DNA of 61,443 nucleotides, filler included, from Sphacelaria rigidula (GCA_964200075.2; 9 parts of 9 records of this genome joined end to end with filler, not necessarily neighbours in it); one strand, 5' to 3'; positions 47,248 through 61,371 are shown, numbered from the whole stretch's first letter. Notes: generated by a model not told the origin, from the sequence alone. Made by a program: numbers and translations.

Positions 47248-48729
47248 CTGGAAGTGCGATAGGGATATGCAGCATCCGCCGCCAATATCAACTAAGACAT
47301 CAATTTTTATCTTCATGCCAAAATGTCAAGGCCGAAACCAGATCTATCATATGATAATCAACCGAATCCCCTAGGTAGGTTGATATCGTGCTGATGGTTG
47401 TCGATATCAAGTGCAAGTGAGGTGCCGCAATATCACACACCAGTAATATTTTCTTGTGGTCCCGGTACTACCGCCAGAAATATATTATTTTGGGTGGAGA
47501 GAGGAGATTTTGGGGCAGGAAGCAATACCCTCGATTTGACTCAAATTAGGCGGTGGGGTAGGTCGCCATATTTTTGTTACTGCACAGCACTACCACGAGA
47601 TTCTTGAATATCGCTCATGTACCTTATGTGGGTATCCGACACTTTCTACAGTAAGCCCCCCCCCAAAACAAAAAGTGGTTAGGTTTAGTTAGGACTGGTT
47701 AGACACCCATGAGGCAGTGTAAAAGCCGTGGCTGTCTCTGGAAGTGGCGATACCACAAAATTATGCCNNNNNNNNNNNNNNNNNNNNNNNNNNNNNNNNN
47801 NNNNNNNNNNNTTAATTAATTAANNNNNNNNNNNNNNNNNNNNNNNNNNNNNNNNNNNNNNNNNNNNTATCTCCATCCCATTTTCGTGCCCCCCTGCTTC
47901 CTTGCCCCCCCAGCTTCCTTGCGCCCCCCAGCTTCGTTGCCCCCCCAGCTTCCTTGACTGTCCGTACTCAACCACATGGGAGTCCCCACGCCCCCCCTCC
48001 TCAATATGACCGACACCGCGCCATGCGTGAAAAGTTTTTCGCAGACAGAGTCGGTGGTAGCGGCAGCGGTAGCGGTTGTCGTTAAGTTGTTGGCAGAGGA
48101 GGTGGTAGTGGAGGCGACTGCGGTGTTGTCGGCGGTGATAAAGGGACTGTGAATGATGATGGTCGTCGCGTGTGGTGCAACCGCGGGACTCTTGGAGCGG
48201 GAATCAACCGCGGAACTGTAGGAGCAGGAGTAGGAAGTGTAGCTGTGGTAGTAGGTGGTAGCGGTGGTGATGCGGCAACGGGGAATAAGGGTGACGATAA
48301 TGTCGGTATATCGGCGGCGTTGGCGACGCGATCAATGTTGCTTCCCCCCCCCCCCCCCCCCCCCCGGCGGCGCCCCGGGGTGGGATTGCTGAGCAGCCCC
48401 CCCCCCCCCGACACCCTTGGGGTGGTTTTTTTTNNNNNNNNNNGTGGTGGGGGGGCAAGGGGGGATAAGGGGGGCGATAATGTCGGGATTTGGGGGGGGT
48501 TGGGGGCGCGGTCAATTTTGCTTCCCCCCCCCCCCCCGCCGTCGAGCGACGCCGCTGTGTGAAATTGCTGACGAGCCACCGTCGACGCGACACTGTTGGT
48601 GATGTTCATTTGACGTTGTGGTTGTCCGTCCGTGGAGGGTGGTTGGTTGGGTGCCAGTGCCATGTGCCTTCTCTCCCCCTTACTGAAATTCCCAACATTT
48701 GAAAACCGAGTACCAGAATATTCGCGGAA

Positions 48730-48990
48730 ATTTTGGTGGACACTCACGGCCCGGGGGGGAGAAGCATAATTCGGGGGGATTTTACTGACACTAGCTCGTT
48801 GTTGAGCAGAATCAAAACTTGGGAGAATCTCACTGACACCAACACGCTGTGGGATAGAAGCAAAATCTGGGGGGATCTTACGGACACTTGCTCGTTGAGG
48901 AGCAGAATCCAAATCTGGGGGAAACTTACGGACACCAACTCGCTATTGATCAGAGCCAAAACCCAGGGGAATATTACTCACATTAACTTG
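48730..48990 (-). repeat. ~51-bp tandem repeat (~5 copies) encoding SAxQRxSVxKIPPxF in the Copia pol linker
   Basis: Visible in DNA and in the ORF 48082-48912 translation. Confidence 0.8.
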
Positions 48991-51497
48991 TAGTGGGGCG
49001 GATGTAGTAGTGTCACTCGCGGTGGCGACAACAGGGGTGACTACTAGAAGCTGTCCGTAGGTTGATGGCAGGCGTGTGGCAAATTATGATGATGAACGAT
49101 CGTTGTAGTCGAAACGTAGCTTGCCGTCGAACAGATACACACCTGTTTTTATCGCAGATGACTTGTTGGCTCTTTTGAGCCCTGTGGATAGAGAATCGGT
49201 TGAACTGAATTGCCTCCAAAACATACACATCCGTCAGGAGTTCAGGAGTACACACACTGCATTAACATGGGGGGAGTTGTTTGCACGTGCTTGATAAAAT
49301 CTCAACTTTAGACTCCCTGCAGCCTTGACCGGTAGCACTCTACCATCCCATAGAGTAACATTCTCTTTCCTCGCTGGTGGAGGGCGAGTATCGAAAACGT
49401 CGGTCATGTTGCCTGTGATGTGGTGCGTTTTACCTGAGTCTGTAGTCCATATTTCTGAATCAGAAAGAGGCGGAGATTTCATCTGATCTAACATCCTACC
49501 CTCCACATCGAAATAACCAAAATTGAAAACTGATCTTTCTGGTGTGGCAGAAAGTGCCATGTACACATTACAACCAGGGTTATCAGCACGCTGCAGATTG
49601 GCAGTTGACGTTCGGTAGGGATTTACCGGATTGAAATACTGGTCGGATGGCTCGTGGTAGAGTGACGAGTATGGTGGTGGTGGTGCAGCGGTGGAGGGAT
49701 CATGGTGGGATCGGTCTGGCGGTGGATGTTGTGATGGGTAATAGGTCTGTGGTGCGGTTGATGAGGAATGGTATTGGGATTGATTGTGTTGTAAAGACGG
49801 TGGTGGATGATGATTGGATGATGGAGGTGACGTGTAGTGGGGGAGATGTTCCGTGGTGATGGTAGGCTGCGGCTGCAGTTGATGTTAGAAGCTATAGTAT
49901 TGTACTGTGTGGGCGTAACCGGCATCGTTGAAATATTCGTTTCCATAAACAAAGTTATCAACGCTCTTATGGTGCTGGTAGGCGGGATCAGTCTGCTGAA
50001 CGGTGTTGGCTTGTGGTGGATGTTTGTGGATTTGGTGTTGTGGATGCGGGTAATGGGATTGTGGTGGTGTATGGTTGGTTGTGTGGTCGGGCTGTTGTTG
50101 GTGGTGGGTTGGTTGATGTTGCTGGGTTTGGTGATGCTGGGCGTTGGGATGCCGTGCGTGGTGCTGGTGAGGAGGGCGGTTGGGACAATTAAAAGGGCAA
50201 CGGTTTGGTAGGTTCGTTGACTAGGTTGGTGTACCCGACCACGGCCTGGTCCCGAATGATTCCACGGCCTGTTTGGTCGCCGTGGCTGTTGTCTCGGGGA
50301 ATACCGTCCCCCTCGACCATGACCACTGCTAATGTGTTGCTGTGACCTATTGGATTGGTGTGGGTATGGAGGGATGTTGTGGTTGTATTGGTTTTGCAGA
50401 TTGTGGAATCTGCGGTTACCCCCGTTTTGCCATCTGCCAGGTGATCCATGGCCCCTTCCACCAGTACTAGAGGCAGAAAGTGCATGGTTTAAGGTTGTTT
50501 TCTGCCTTTCTTTCAACAATTGCGCTTCTGCATACGCATTTCCTAGCTGGCGGCTTACCTCATCTATGGTTATTTCTAGTAGTGCTAGTAAATTCCTACG
50601 CTCGTGCTCGTACTCTGATGAAAGGCATCGAACAATAACCTGTTCGCTTCACAGTCCGAGAGGACTACATCGAATTTCTCGCGTTTCTTACAAATAAACT
50701 GGGCCCGTGAGAGAAAGTTCATTGACAATTCATCGTCAGCCATCTGCAACGTTTGTCAGTCGTGTGCCAACTTGGCTTTTTCTGTAGCTTCTGGAATCCT
50801 GTAGTACTGAACGATATAATTCCATGCTTGACTTGGGCTCGCAAGCATATCGATATGTCTTACCAAGGGGGGGAAAGGTTACTTCATCAAGTATTATCCT
50901 GATAGCCCTTTTGGCTTTGTCAACTGCTTCGTTTCCAAAACTTGCTCGCAAATCGTCCTCATTCTCACGGTATACCCTGATGGGGTTCTCGACTAGCGAA
51001 ACGTCATAACCGTTTCCATCCTTAAAATAGGCACACATGTGGATGTTGAATACCTCGAACCTCTCCCTGACATTGGTAGATGTGGCAGCTTTTTCATCCC
51101 AAGGTAGGATGCTTTTGTTGAACGGAATGCGATGGAAATTGGGGGTGTGAGGGATGTGGAACGGTGCTTGCTGTGCTGTACTAGCATGCATCACCGGTGT
51201 GTTGTTCGTTGTCTGCTGCATCCTGTTCATCTGTTCAGTCATAAATCTCACTTGCTCTTCCATTGCGGGGTGTTGGTTCTCTTCCATATTAAAACCTTGT
51301 CAAATTATCAGCCTTGCTCAACCTGTACTCAAACCTGAAAAACTTCACACCTCTCTCTCAAATACTCCTCGACTCAAACTCTGCTCTTGCTCAAACTCTC
51401 TCATTTCGACTCAAACTCTACTCTTGCTCAAACTGTCTCCAATCTCTAACCTTTCTGCACCGGCGGTAACGCTTGTCGCTAGCGTAATCAACCGCTC

Positions 51498-52046
51498 TGT
51501 TGCGGGGTAAGCGTCAACACAATTCAAGTGTGTGAACAGCGATCAGCACCTTGGCTCAGGCAAATAGCAGTGTTCCAGAAGACGTTTATATTATCTCAAT
51601 TCGCCCTCTTTACTCTCCCACAATGCAATCAACCTCAGTCACACAATGACACACGCTCAATATCCCTCTCACTCAATACCACACACACACAGACTCACCA
51701 CACGCACAAATATTAACCCCCAAAGCAAGGTAAGCAGTTGGCACCCAGAACCCAGAACCAAGATGGACCAAGATAGAACGACCGAAGTGGGCGATGTGCA
51801 ACCCAACTGCTCGTACTGTACACGTGACTGTGCTTGCATAACCTACGTCATTATACATCATTCCTCTGATTGGTTACCTGATCCTCGGCAATTGCAACAT
51901 GGTCTATGCTATTTGTACCGCATTGTATCCTACATCAACGTTGCTCATCGCAGAGCGTGAGCGTAGTTAATTAGCAAGAACAGTGAGAGTACAGTAGTCG
52001 GTGCTGAATTAGCAGCCGCTGACAGTGCTGTTAAAAGAGGCGAACA
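51498..52046 (-). repeat. Putative 5' LTR (549 bp, TGTT...AACA)
   Basis: Minus strand begins TGTTCG and ends CGCAACA, ~210 bp upstream of gag. No second LTR is available to confirm the boundaries. Confidence 0.55.
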
Positions 52047-55000
52047 AGTCACACAGCCATCGCTATTCCGAAGGGACAGGCACGAGAGCGCTAGAGGCGT
52101 TGCCGCTATTACCGTCAAGGAGCAAGCCGGACAGGAGGTGGCGGCTGTATCGAGCACCCGTGGACAGATAGCACACTGTGGGGCGCACTGTGCAGGGTCC
52201 GTACAGGGTCCTCCACAGTCTTTGTGAAAAAAAACCTGACCGCGAAAAGCCAAATCTGTACCCCTCGTAGCGTTTTGACAGGGTTTTCCCCAGGGTTGGA
52301 TTTACAGCCCTGTGTAGGCACGTCAGCAAAGCCCTGCACAGTCCTGTCGTAGTGTTTTGGTGAAAAACCGTGACGTTTTCTTTTTTTAATTCCAAATATT
52401 TTGGTACAAAATCTGTAAATTTATATATTTTCAATAAATAACTTGTCCTCCTGTCCGAGGTAAATTCCTCTTCACCCGATTTGAATCGAACGAAAAGGAA
52501 TTTATTTTGGACAGCAGGACAAGCTATTCAAAACAGATCATTCTTTCGCCCAATTTATTTCGGCAAAAAAAAAAATATTTCGAATAGCAGGAGAAACTAT
52601 TCAAGAGCAATCCTTTTTTCGCCCATTTTTGAAATGAGCGAAAAAATGATCAATCTCGAACAGCTTCTTCTGCTGCGCAAAGCCCATGCACCCTGGCAGA
52701 TTCGGAATTTGAACAGCAGAAGAAGCTCGAAATAAATATTTACTTTTTCCTCCAATTCATCCAGAGATTGGGGGAAAGGAGATTTATTGCGAGCAGCGTC
52801 AGCTGGTGGGCAAATCCCGCATACTACATCGTCACCAGCGCATGGGATCCGACACGCAGAAAAAATTGTTGAAAGGTATTCATCCTTTTGCCCCTCACTC
52901 CGTATGCACATGCGCTGAAGGATGAATAGCTTTCATCAGCTTCCGCTGAATAGAGATCCCACACGTCGGATACGTGTGTATGTCCACACCTGTACTTCGT
53001 CTGGAACCCCTGGGAAGGCGTGGAAAGATGCTGGATGGTCGGGTATACCTCGTCTATCTATCCACATTTTCCACAAAACCCCGTATTGCATCGTCTACCA
53101 ACACGAGCCATGTTTAGAAAATATCAATTAATGAATCACATATTAGTAGTACATGTAGACCATCATCACCCCAATACATATCTATACTCCGTATATATAT
53201 CATCGCACACAAATCGAACATCAATGAACGCACCTGCACGCACAACAGTATTATTCCGCCCGGCTAAACCACCACAACCCCGCAGCAAAGAGCACGGGTT
53301 GGGCACAGGGATATAGACACATACAAACTGCCGTGCGGGTGGATATGATGTATTTCTCGTTGGTGGAAACTTGAGCACCTTCTTTCATGGTCGCGACATC
53401 GCGCGGCGACGACATATGCGGGGTGCGTATATATAGGCGCGGGTGCGAGGAACAATAATCAACCAGCCGCCTATATGTTATGCATATACACACTCACCAT
53501 CATATAATATGCATGCTGCGGACGCACCGCGATATAACATAGTGCAGCATACAGGCCGCGTACGATATGCTGCACGTTGTTCAAGTCCTTTTCACGTCGC
53601 ACTGTAGGTAGAGAACATACACATACGTTGTCCTGCGCTGTCTGTACTGTACTTTTCCCCTTCCCTTTCACGCCCTACTTACTGTGCTGCAGCAGCTGTG
53701 CGCGCGAATATGATGTGGAACGCGCGCGTGAAAAACTGGAGTTCGTGACGGTATATAACACCTGCCCCATATATCAAAATAAGCTGCAGATATCTATATT
53801 GTATTTATAGCCAGCCATTTGCAGTACATGGCGCCGCACGTATAAGCACGGAGGTATAGCGTACTGTCCCGTATGCAATGGTATTGTACAGTCCAGTACA
53901 GTTTATTGGTGTGAATATATATCCCGAGTACGCAGTATCAACCGCGCGATGAGATGTTTCATTATCCCCTGTATCTTGTTTTAGTTTCGTCGACGCGGGA
54001 CTACAGGGTTTTCATCAGGTATATGCATCTATGACCGAGGTCAAATGCGATCCGTAACCATGACGTCAGCTGCAACAAGAGCTTGCGTGCAGTGTGTGGG
54101 ACTTGAACAGCTGAAGCTGCTCGCGAGCAAGTTCTTCCTCCACCCAATTTCATGTATTCTTGATGGTGTACAAATTCCTCTGCCAAATACAGTGTATATG
54201 GGATTATCTGTACAGCTGAAGCTCTTCGAAATGAATCATTTTCCCCCTATATTCCAAGTTTGGAATCAGGATTTATTTCGAACAGCAGCGGCTGTTCAAA
54301 TTCGAGATTTCCATTACACTTGTGCCTCTAAAACCAATTCGGGGGATTGCAGTGTTATTGACACGGACCTTCGAGGGCCCCAAAATTCAGAAGTACAAAA
54401 AATATAACTGATCCTCAACGACTACCACGCGTAGGTCCGTGTGTAACCGGTTGACGCTTCGACGATGACGTCGAGGGTTCGATTCTCCGTCCAACCTAAT
54501 CAATCCTTTTTTCCGCCAGTACCTTGCGCCCGCAGCTGCATGTGGAGGGTAGTGTTTGTGCGTAAACACACTGCACAGCATTGTCAGCAGCGATGAACTC
54601 TTCACNNNNNNNNNNNNNNNNNNNNNNNNNNNNNNNNNNNNNNNNNNNNTTAATTAATTAANNNNNNNNNNNNNNNNNNNNNNNNNNNNNNNNNNNNNNN
54701 NNNNNTGGTTGCCACAGACGGCGAAACAGGTCGGGGATAGGATATGTAAAAGGTTTTTGAGTAATGTATGGAAGAAACGTAATGAGCTGCGGAAGAAACG
54801 TAATGAGCGCCAGAGTGTTGAAAGGTGTCTCTATTAGGAGTAGGAGCGGTGCTCCGTCTCGAAAGGGGTGCGTGGTCAATGGTCGAACGACTAAGGCAAG
54901 CAGCAAATGAGTACGCCCCCCCCGCCAGAAAATTGGCTGTTTTGGAGGAGGCAAATTGGTGTGTGAATCAAAACGACAAAGCTGAGCATGCCGAGTAGCT

Positions 55001-56473
55001 AGGAACTCCCCCGCTCGGGATCGTTGTTGCCAATGTCACCCATTCGAGGCGCTTCATGCAGCATAAAACCAGCTATCATGCACTGTGTAACCATTTTTTT
55101 CGTGACAGTTTTGGGGGTGCTTTTTTTTCTGGGGGGCGGGGGGTATCGCCGCATCCATCACCCAAGGCGCTTGGATCGAGTGCGTTTTTTTCGCATTGGG
55201 CAAGCAACACTGTGTTCAAATAATTGTGTAATCTTCATGCCCCAAGGTGTGCCGCTTTGACGTCATTTGTGCGGTGCAGTTTTTCGAAAATGGTCATTGC
55301 AACCTCATTATTTTGACGGTTTGGAGCAACAACAGGCACATCATACGTGGTCGAGCAAGAGCTATCGCGCGGGCTGTCGAACATCGTTTGGAGAGAAGTA
55401 GAACACTAACGGTCAGCGGTCGAGCACCTTGGATTGGCTACGATTGGTCAGCCGTTGGTAATTACCTCAATACACGTGTGCGACGAATTTTCGCTTCCGG
55501 TGCCGGACTCAATTACAGCATCGAAAACCAGAAAACGACTCCCTTTCTTTATTTCAGTCTAGACTTTTTCTTCTCAAATACACCCTAATGAACTGGAAAG
55601 GGCCTCAATGACCTGACGTCTTAGGAGCGACAAGTGGAACAAAATACACGTGGAGGGTTGCGGTGAAGAAACAAGAAGGGCTATACATGCTGTTGTTTGC
55701 TGGGCCTCGACTCAGTAGGAAAACACGATATTTGATCAGTTTACAGTAAACAGTCGCATATTCATCCATATTTGTCGACGCTTCGACGGTTCATATAATA
55801 TGTCATATCTACATGAAAACCGTCAACTATCCCGCAAACCGGTCATGTTCACATCATTCACAGGCATATTCATTCCATCGTTGGATGGTGACCACTGTAA
55901 TGAGAACACTTTTAGTGGCCATACATCCGCCTCTTCAGTCATGCTATATTCTTTTACATAGTGTAGACGAGAACCGCCACGGAATTTCCACATCAGTACA
56001 GGAACATGAACGAGTACATGAGTACAAAGAGCGGGCAGCGAGAAATTTGTGATACATCAACCTCAAAAAAGTGTCGAATCATCATACGTTTACAGATCTG
56101 TCAAGAAATGTTTATAATTCACGAAAAATAAAGATCCTCACAGAGTACGGTACAGTGCTGTAAAATAACCGTTTTTTTCTCTCTTTGCTCTCATATACGC
56201 GTCATATGTACAGTATACGAGTATATATCTTGTATCGCATGGGCACCAAGAACGTCATCATATGTATGTGTATATATACCACCACTTTCGAAAGAGTCGT
56301 CAGAAGGAAAACCTATCGCTTGCGCATGAGCTCCTGAAGCTCGACCTCACGATCTTGCTGATATATATATTTTTCTTCCCGTCCTCTCTTCCTCTTTCTC
56401 CATCTTTCTCCATCTCTCTCCCTCTCTCGGTTTTTCCCTCTTCAAGTTTCAGTGTTGAACAGTAGCAATGATT

Positions 56474-56730
56474 CACACTTCGGAGAGCTCATGAGCTACC
56501 CAAACATGACTTCTTATTAGTGTAGTGATTCCGATGATGAGCTAGCTCATCTGGTCTCTTGTCCATATTTGGTCCCTACAGCGCAGGGCGCCAAGCACGC
56601 GGAGTAGCGCATAGGTAGTGCTTTGGCTTCTCGGACCCCGCTGTCGCGTATCTTGTGTTTTTGGACAAGGGATCTGAGAGTCCTGCTTCGACTACTTATT
56701 TTAGGTAGCTCACGAGTCGTCCCACGTGTG
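56474..56730. mobile_element. 257-bp CACA...TGTG MITE with 8-bp TSD
   Basis: CAATGATT (56466-56473) / CAATGTTT (56731-56738); homologous to 26781-27040. Confidence 0.85.
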
Positions 56731-57039
56731 CAATGTTTGTGCCTTGCTTCCGTAGGGCTACGGGGTGAGAGCTCAACCCCAAACAGTGTTATTCCGAAAT
56801 TACTGATTCGTCATCTGGTTCCACGCCCTTTTTGTTTTGCCTGTGTATGGGTATGTGTGCGTTTTGCGCACCTCTTCCAGTTGAAGCCAAGCTGCAGGAG
56901 CCAACCATTTTCAAGTTTTGTTCCATTATTTTTCATCGGGACAGATCGGTACCGCTTTTTCTTCTTCTTCTTTCCTAGCTCTAATTTTCTTTCCTTTTCA
57001 TTCTCTTCTTCTGATTTGTATTCTTCTGCTTTGTCCTGA

Positions 57040-58430
57040 CTTGTATGGCATTTCCGTTTCAGAGGTCCATGCGCCTGTGGTCAGTATCCAGTCCCTACGA
57101 GGCTGCCCTGCACATCAAGGCGGCCAGTCAAAGATACATGCAGGCGGCAAAGTTCGTCTACCTCGGTGGTGCTGTCAGCGCGGATGCGACAATGTCCATC
57201 GAAATCAACCACCGCATCAGCGCAGCTTGGGCGTGTCTCTGAATATAGTTCCCAACTCTACGATCGACCCAACGCCCAGCTATCCTTGAAAGTTCAGCTC
57301 TTGAAACCAGAGGGGGTGGAAGCTCTGTTGTACGGATGTGTCACATGGACGTGACGTTCTGAGCACTCCGACAGTCTCCGCACTGCCTATCACAAGCTAT
57401 TATTGCCGCGAGCGCCGGGATTCCGCAGGAAAGGTCGAAATGGCTACAACACACTTTCGTACAGAGCGGTGCTCGAGATGACACTGGGAACGTATCAAGA
57501 CGACTATCCGCAAACGTCAAATCTGGTTCGCGGGAGCCCTTGTCCCGCAGAAGGAAACACGCCTTCCCAAACTCATCATGAGCGGACAGTTAACCGCACG
57601 AGGGTCCATGGAGGCTGGCCGCCCCACCCCAAACGATGGGGGGGAAACCTTCAAGAGAACCCACGTGCACTAGGGGCTGTTTCGCACACAGGAGCACAGC
57701 GGAAATGGTTCGCCGACGGTGTAGAAGTTAGCGATGCATACTTGAGTCAGCGCGGCAAAGAACATGGGCAAGTAGCATCTTGGAGTCGAAAAAGGAGCGG
57801 AAGAGTACGAGGATATGTGGCGACGCGAAGACGAAGGAGAATTGGACCGCCGTTACAAACAAGAGGCTGCTGCATCGACAGCCGCCGATCGAAGAATCCT
57901 GTCTGCCCGTATCGGTTGTTGATTGTGTCCTCGGTCGGTGGTATTGCGGTGCCCCCTGGTGTGTGTCTGTATCTGCTCAGCTGCCCAGAAATCTTTGGGC
58001 TTTACCATTTTTGTAGTTTCCTTATTCTCTACTAGGAACTCGATATTTCTTCATTTGTATCCTTTCCTGCCGATGTATGTCAGAGCAGTTTAGTGCCTCC
58101 CTTCCGTAGGGTCCATTCATGAGAGGGTTCAAACCCAAATCAGTGCGGTCGTAGTATGGGCCGCATTTTTTTTCTTTGGCTTTTCGTTTTCTGCGACTGG
58201 GTATGAGTGTGTTTCCGCGCAAGACCTTTTCCCACCGATGCCACGTGGCAGAGATGAACATTTTTCTTTCTTTTCCTAGACTACTCTCTTCTTCTGTTCT
58301 ACCTTTTCAGTCTTCTTTTTTCTTCAGCGTGTGTTTCAGGTTTGTGTTCTTCTCGGGTATGAACGTCCATCATGCGACCACGGCTGAATCCCTGGGGGGT
58401 CAGTTAAAGTGCGAAAATCAATCAATCAAG
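57040..58430 (+). mobile_element. 5'-truncated decayed RTE LINE
   Basis: KFVYLGGAVS...EINHRISAAW, EALLYGCVTW; ends GGGGGTCAGTTAAAGTGCGA(AATC)n. Confidence 0.88.
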
Positions 58431-61371
58431 TTCACTCCGTTTGACCTAGTTGCCTTCCCCATTCTCCTTCTCCCCTTTTCTCCAGCGACTGTTTCTGTGT
58501 TGTTCACCGTGCGTTCGTCTATCTTGAGTTGTGAACACGCCTAGATCCGTCGGGATCAGTTTATGTGCGACAATAACCAATCAATTGCATCAGATCAAAT
58601 CGACAGCGATTCCTTCATCTTGAAAATTGATCACTTCCTTCGAGGCTTGCATCCCATTACCCTGCCAGCATCTCCATCAGCGAGCTCCTACACTATGCAT
58701 TACTTCGACTTTGATGAAACGAAAGGGGATAAATTTCTGCCATGAAATTGAGACTTTACTGCTGCGGTGGGTTTGAAATACTAGAGTTGTGTTTTTGAAG
58801 GTACTCGCGTGATCATGGGTTTCCACAAAACAGCGGTTCGCATCGTGGATCTTCATCGAACACGAAGTACAAAATCACTACCTGTACACTGTAACTACAG
58901 TACGCACAAAATCACAACAAAGTACATCTTACGATCATGGGTTTCACCAAGATTGTATACCGACCGGAATGAGCAGGGCAGCACCGCCGGCACAACGAAC
59001 CTTGCCTCCATGAACTGGCGTTAGATGAACCACAATGCTACAGAATATCCTTCCATTACACTTCGTAATAATTCAGGGACAAACGGTCACAGCTCACAGC
59101 CACTCACGCGATATGGTCATCCCGGTATAAGATATCCAGTGGGGGCGAAGGAGGCTCGCGAGATACCACCCCCCTCAGACACAAGGCATCAGAGGCGTCA
59201 GGGGTAAAATGCTGTTGAGTACAGTAACCCTCTCTGGAGCCGTTACTCCGCGCTAGCAGTCTTCTTCGATTGTCATCACGGGTCTCAGCATCTTCTGCGT
59301 AGAAAGGTAGCTTGGTGAATTGCTGAGCGTATCCTGATGTGGTCGCTGCACAACGTCGACGTGCGACGTCCTGCGGCTGCAGAACCCGCAAGGAGGTGGC
59401 CCATCCCAGTGATGGGCTGCTGCCACCGCTGCTGGCGGCTGTTGCTACTGCTTGAGAGCTTGGATGAAAATGAACAAACCCTGATGACACATGATGGTAT
59501 GAAGCAGTACTTGTATGGAGGACGTGTCTCTCCATGAAAAGTCTCATGGGTACCTCTGCAGGCGGAGCCGATCAATTCATTACACCGGTGCTCTAAGGTT
59601 TTGAGTTCGGTTGCGCATGATTCAGTGTCACGTTCTTTATCACCACCTAGAAACAAGCGCCGGGGAGACAACAAATTCGATGAAGCATGGGATGAAAACA
59701 ATGCGCTGAACACAGTGTAAACCAAACCTGTACAAAAAAAATGTCCCGCTTCAGGAAATACGCCTCTATTTCATCCGTTGCAGAAACTGGTGATGGACAG
59801 GACAGCACAATTGTCAAGCTGCTTATTATGTGCGCTTGTCGTACAACCGCGACTGCCATTTTCCATTGATGCATCAGGAGCGCAGGCTCCATGTATCATC
59901 ACTATATACATGCATCGGTTGGTAGCACACGAGTGGCCGCTGGTACACCTTATCCACATTATAGAGCATCCCTCGATTCTGGTAAGCTATAGATGAGTGA
60001 AAAGACGCGTATATACAGCGTAAATCGGCTTGTCATCGCATGCGCTCTGTCGTGTAGCCGTTGTAAAATTGTACCCCAAGTACATCCTGGGACATGCGTT
60101 TTGCGATCCGGTTCACGCCCAACGCATGCTGTCTAAGTTGCCGGTAACCTGGGGACGCTACAAAATGTGGATAACGGGTACCAGTGGCCACCTGTGCATC
60201 GTTCATTCGAGCTTGAGATCTTGATGTTAGTTTCACATGATAATGCGACATTGGCTTGTGGTTTGTGTTGGTCAACGGGAGTAATCATGCGGATCGACGA
60301 TCCTGGATCTACCATACAGACAACAACCACAACAACAACAACAACAGTTGTCGCGTATTCGTATCACATGTCTGGGTCGTTACACGCGGCGGGATTGACT
60401 ACTGTAATTCGCATGTCGGAGACATACTGTACATGAATATATGTGGCGTTTGTGTTGTATCTAGTATCGAAACTTTCGATTATGTTGTATCATAATATCG
60501 TTATCATCGCTATCGTATCAAAAAGTTGCCGTATCGAAAACTTATCGTATCGGACATCGGACACATTTAACAATGTTTTCGTGAGATTGATGAGAGTAGA
60601 GGATACGACTGAGAGTGAAAGCGGTCTATTGGTGAATAAATAATTTCAGTTCCGAAATGCTTCTCCACGAGTCTCAATAATATATTTCCTGCAGTGGCTT
60701 GCCACTACGGCCCTTGATATTCCGGAATAGGATATCGACGTGTAGCTGTAAGCACACGCCAGTGATGAGAGGCGAAGAAAAGCACACACGGAATGAAAAA
60801 TTGGCTGTATCAAAGCGAATGATCAAAGCCACTCTCAATCAGCGCTCTACTCTCAATCTCACGATAACGTTGTTTCGAGAAGACGATACTCCCTCTGTCC
60901 CACAACAAGATGAGCCCGTTTGGAGGTCTTGCCGCATTTCTCGTGCGTATTTTCGGCTTTTCCCGAGCGTTTTGTTTGTTGTTCTCGTAAAGGTTTGGGG
61001 CAAAACTCAAAACCGCGGCTTTTGCCGAGCCCCCAATAGACAAGCAGCTACACTCACGGCGATCAGAGTGTGTCGTTCGTGCACAACCAGAAACCACCGG
61101 TTGACAGCCTTCGGTTTTGGAGAAACAGTTTTTTTCATGGTTCCCGAAGCGTTTCGGAGCACCGCCCGAAACCGTCATTTCTTCAGTCTGCCGCCACCAC
61201 AGCACTTTTTGAGCCTGCAGCAGTCCGCGCTCCCAAGGGCAGCAGCCGTCAACAAGCGAGGACACCCTGCGGACCGCCTTCTTGAGCATTGCAGATCATG
61301 TCGACGAACCAGACTGCTGTTAACAACAGTGGATCCTAGAAAATGGGGTCCATCTCAAAAATGAGGTTCAA

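Larger units (their letters stand above)
47868..52046 (-). mobile_element. Decayed Ty1/Copia LTR retrotransposon, 5' part
   Basis: Gag-like ORF 50736-51287 continuing with frameshifts (SSEYEHERRNLLAL); Q/H/P-rich region; protease motif WTTDSGKTHHITG in ORF 49234-49566. No integrase or RT before the contig end. Confidence 0.85.

Noticed and set aside
58700..61364. ORFs of 146-221 aa in contig 9
   Set aside because: No recognisable motifs or consistent splice signals; possibly decayed transposon sequence, but not supportable by eye.
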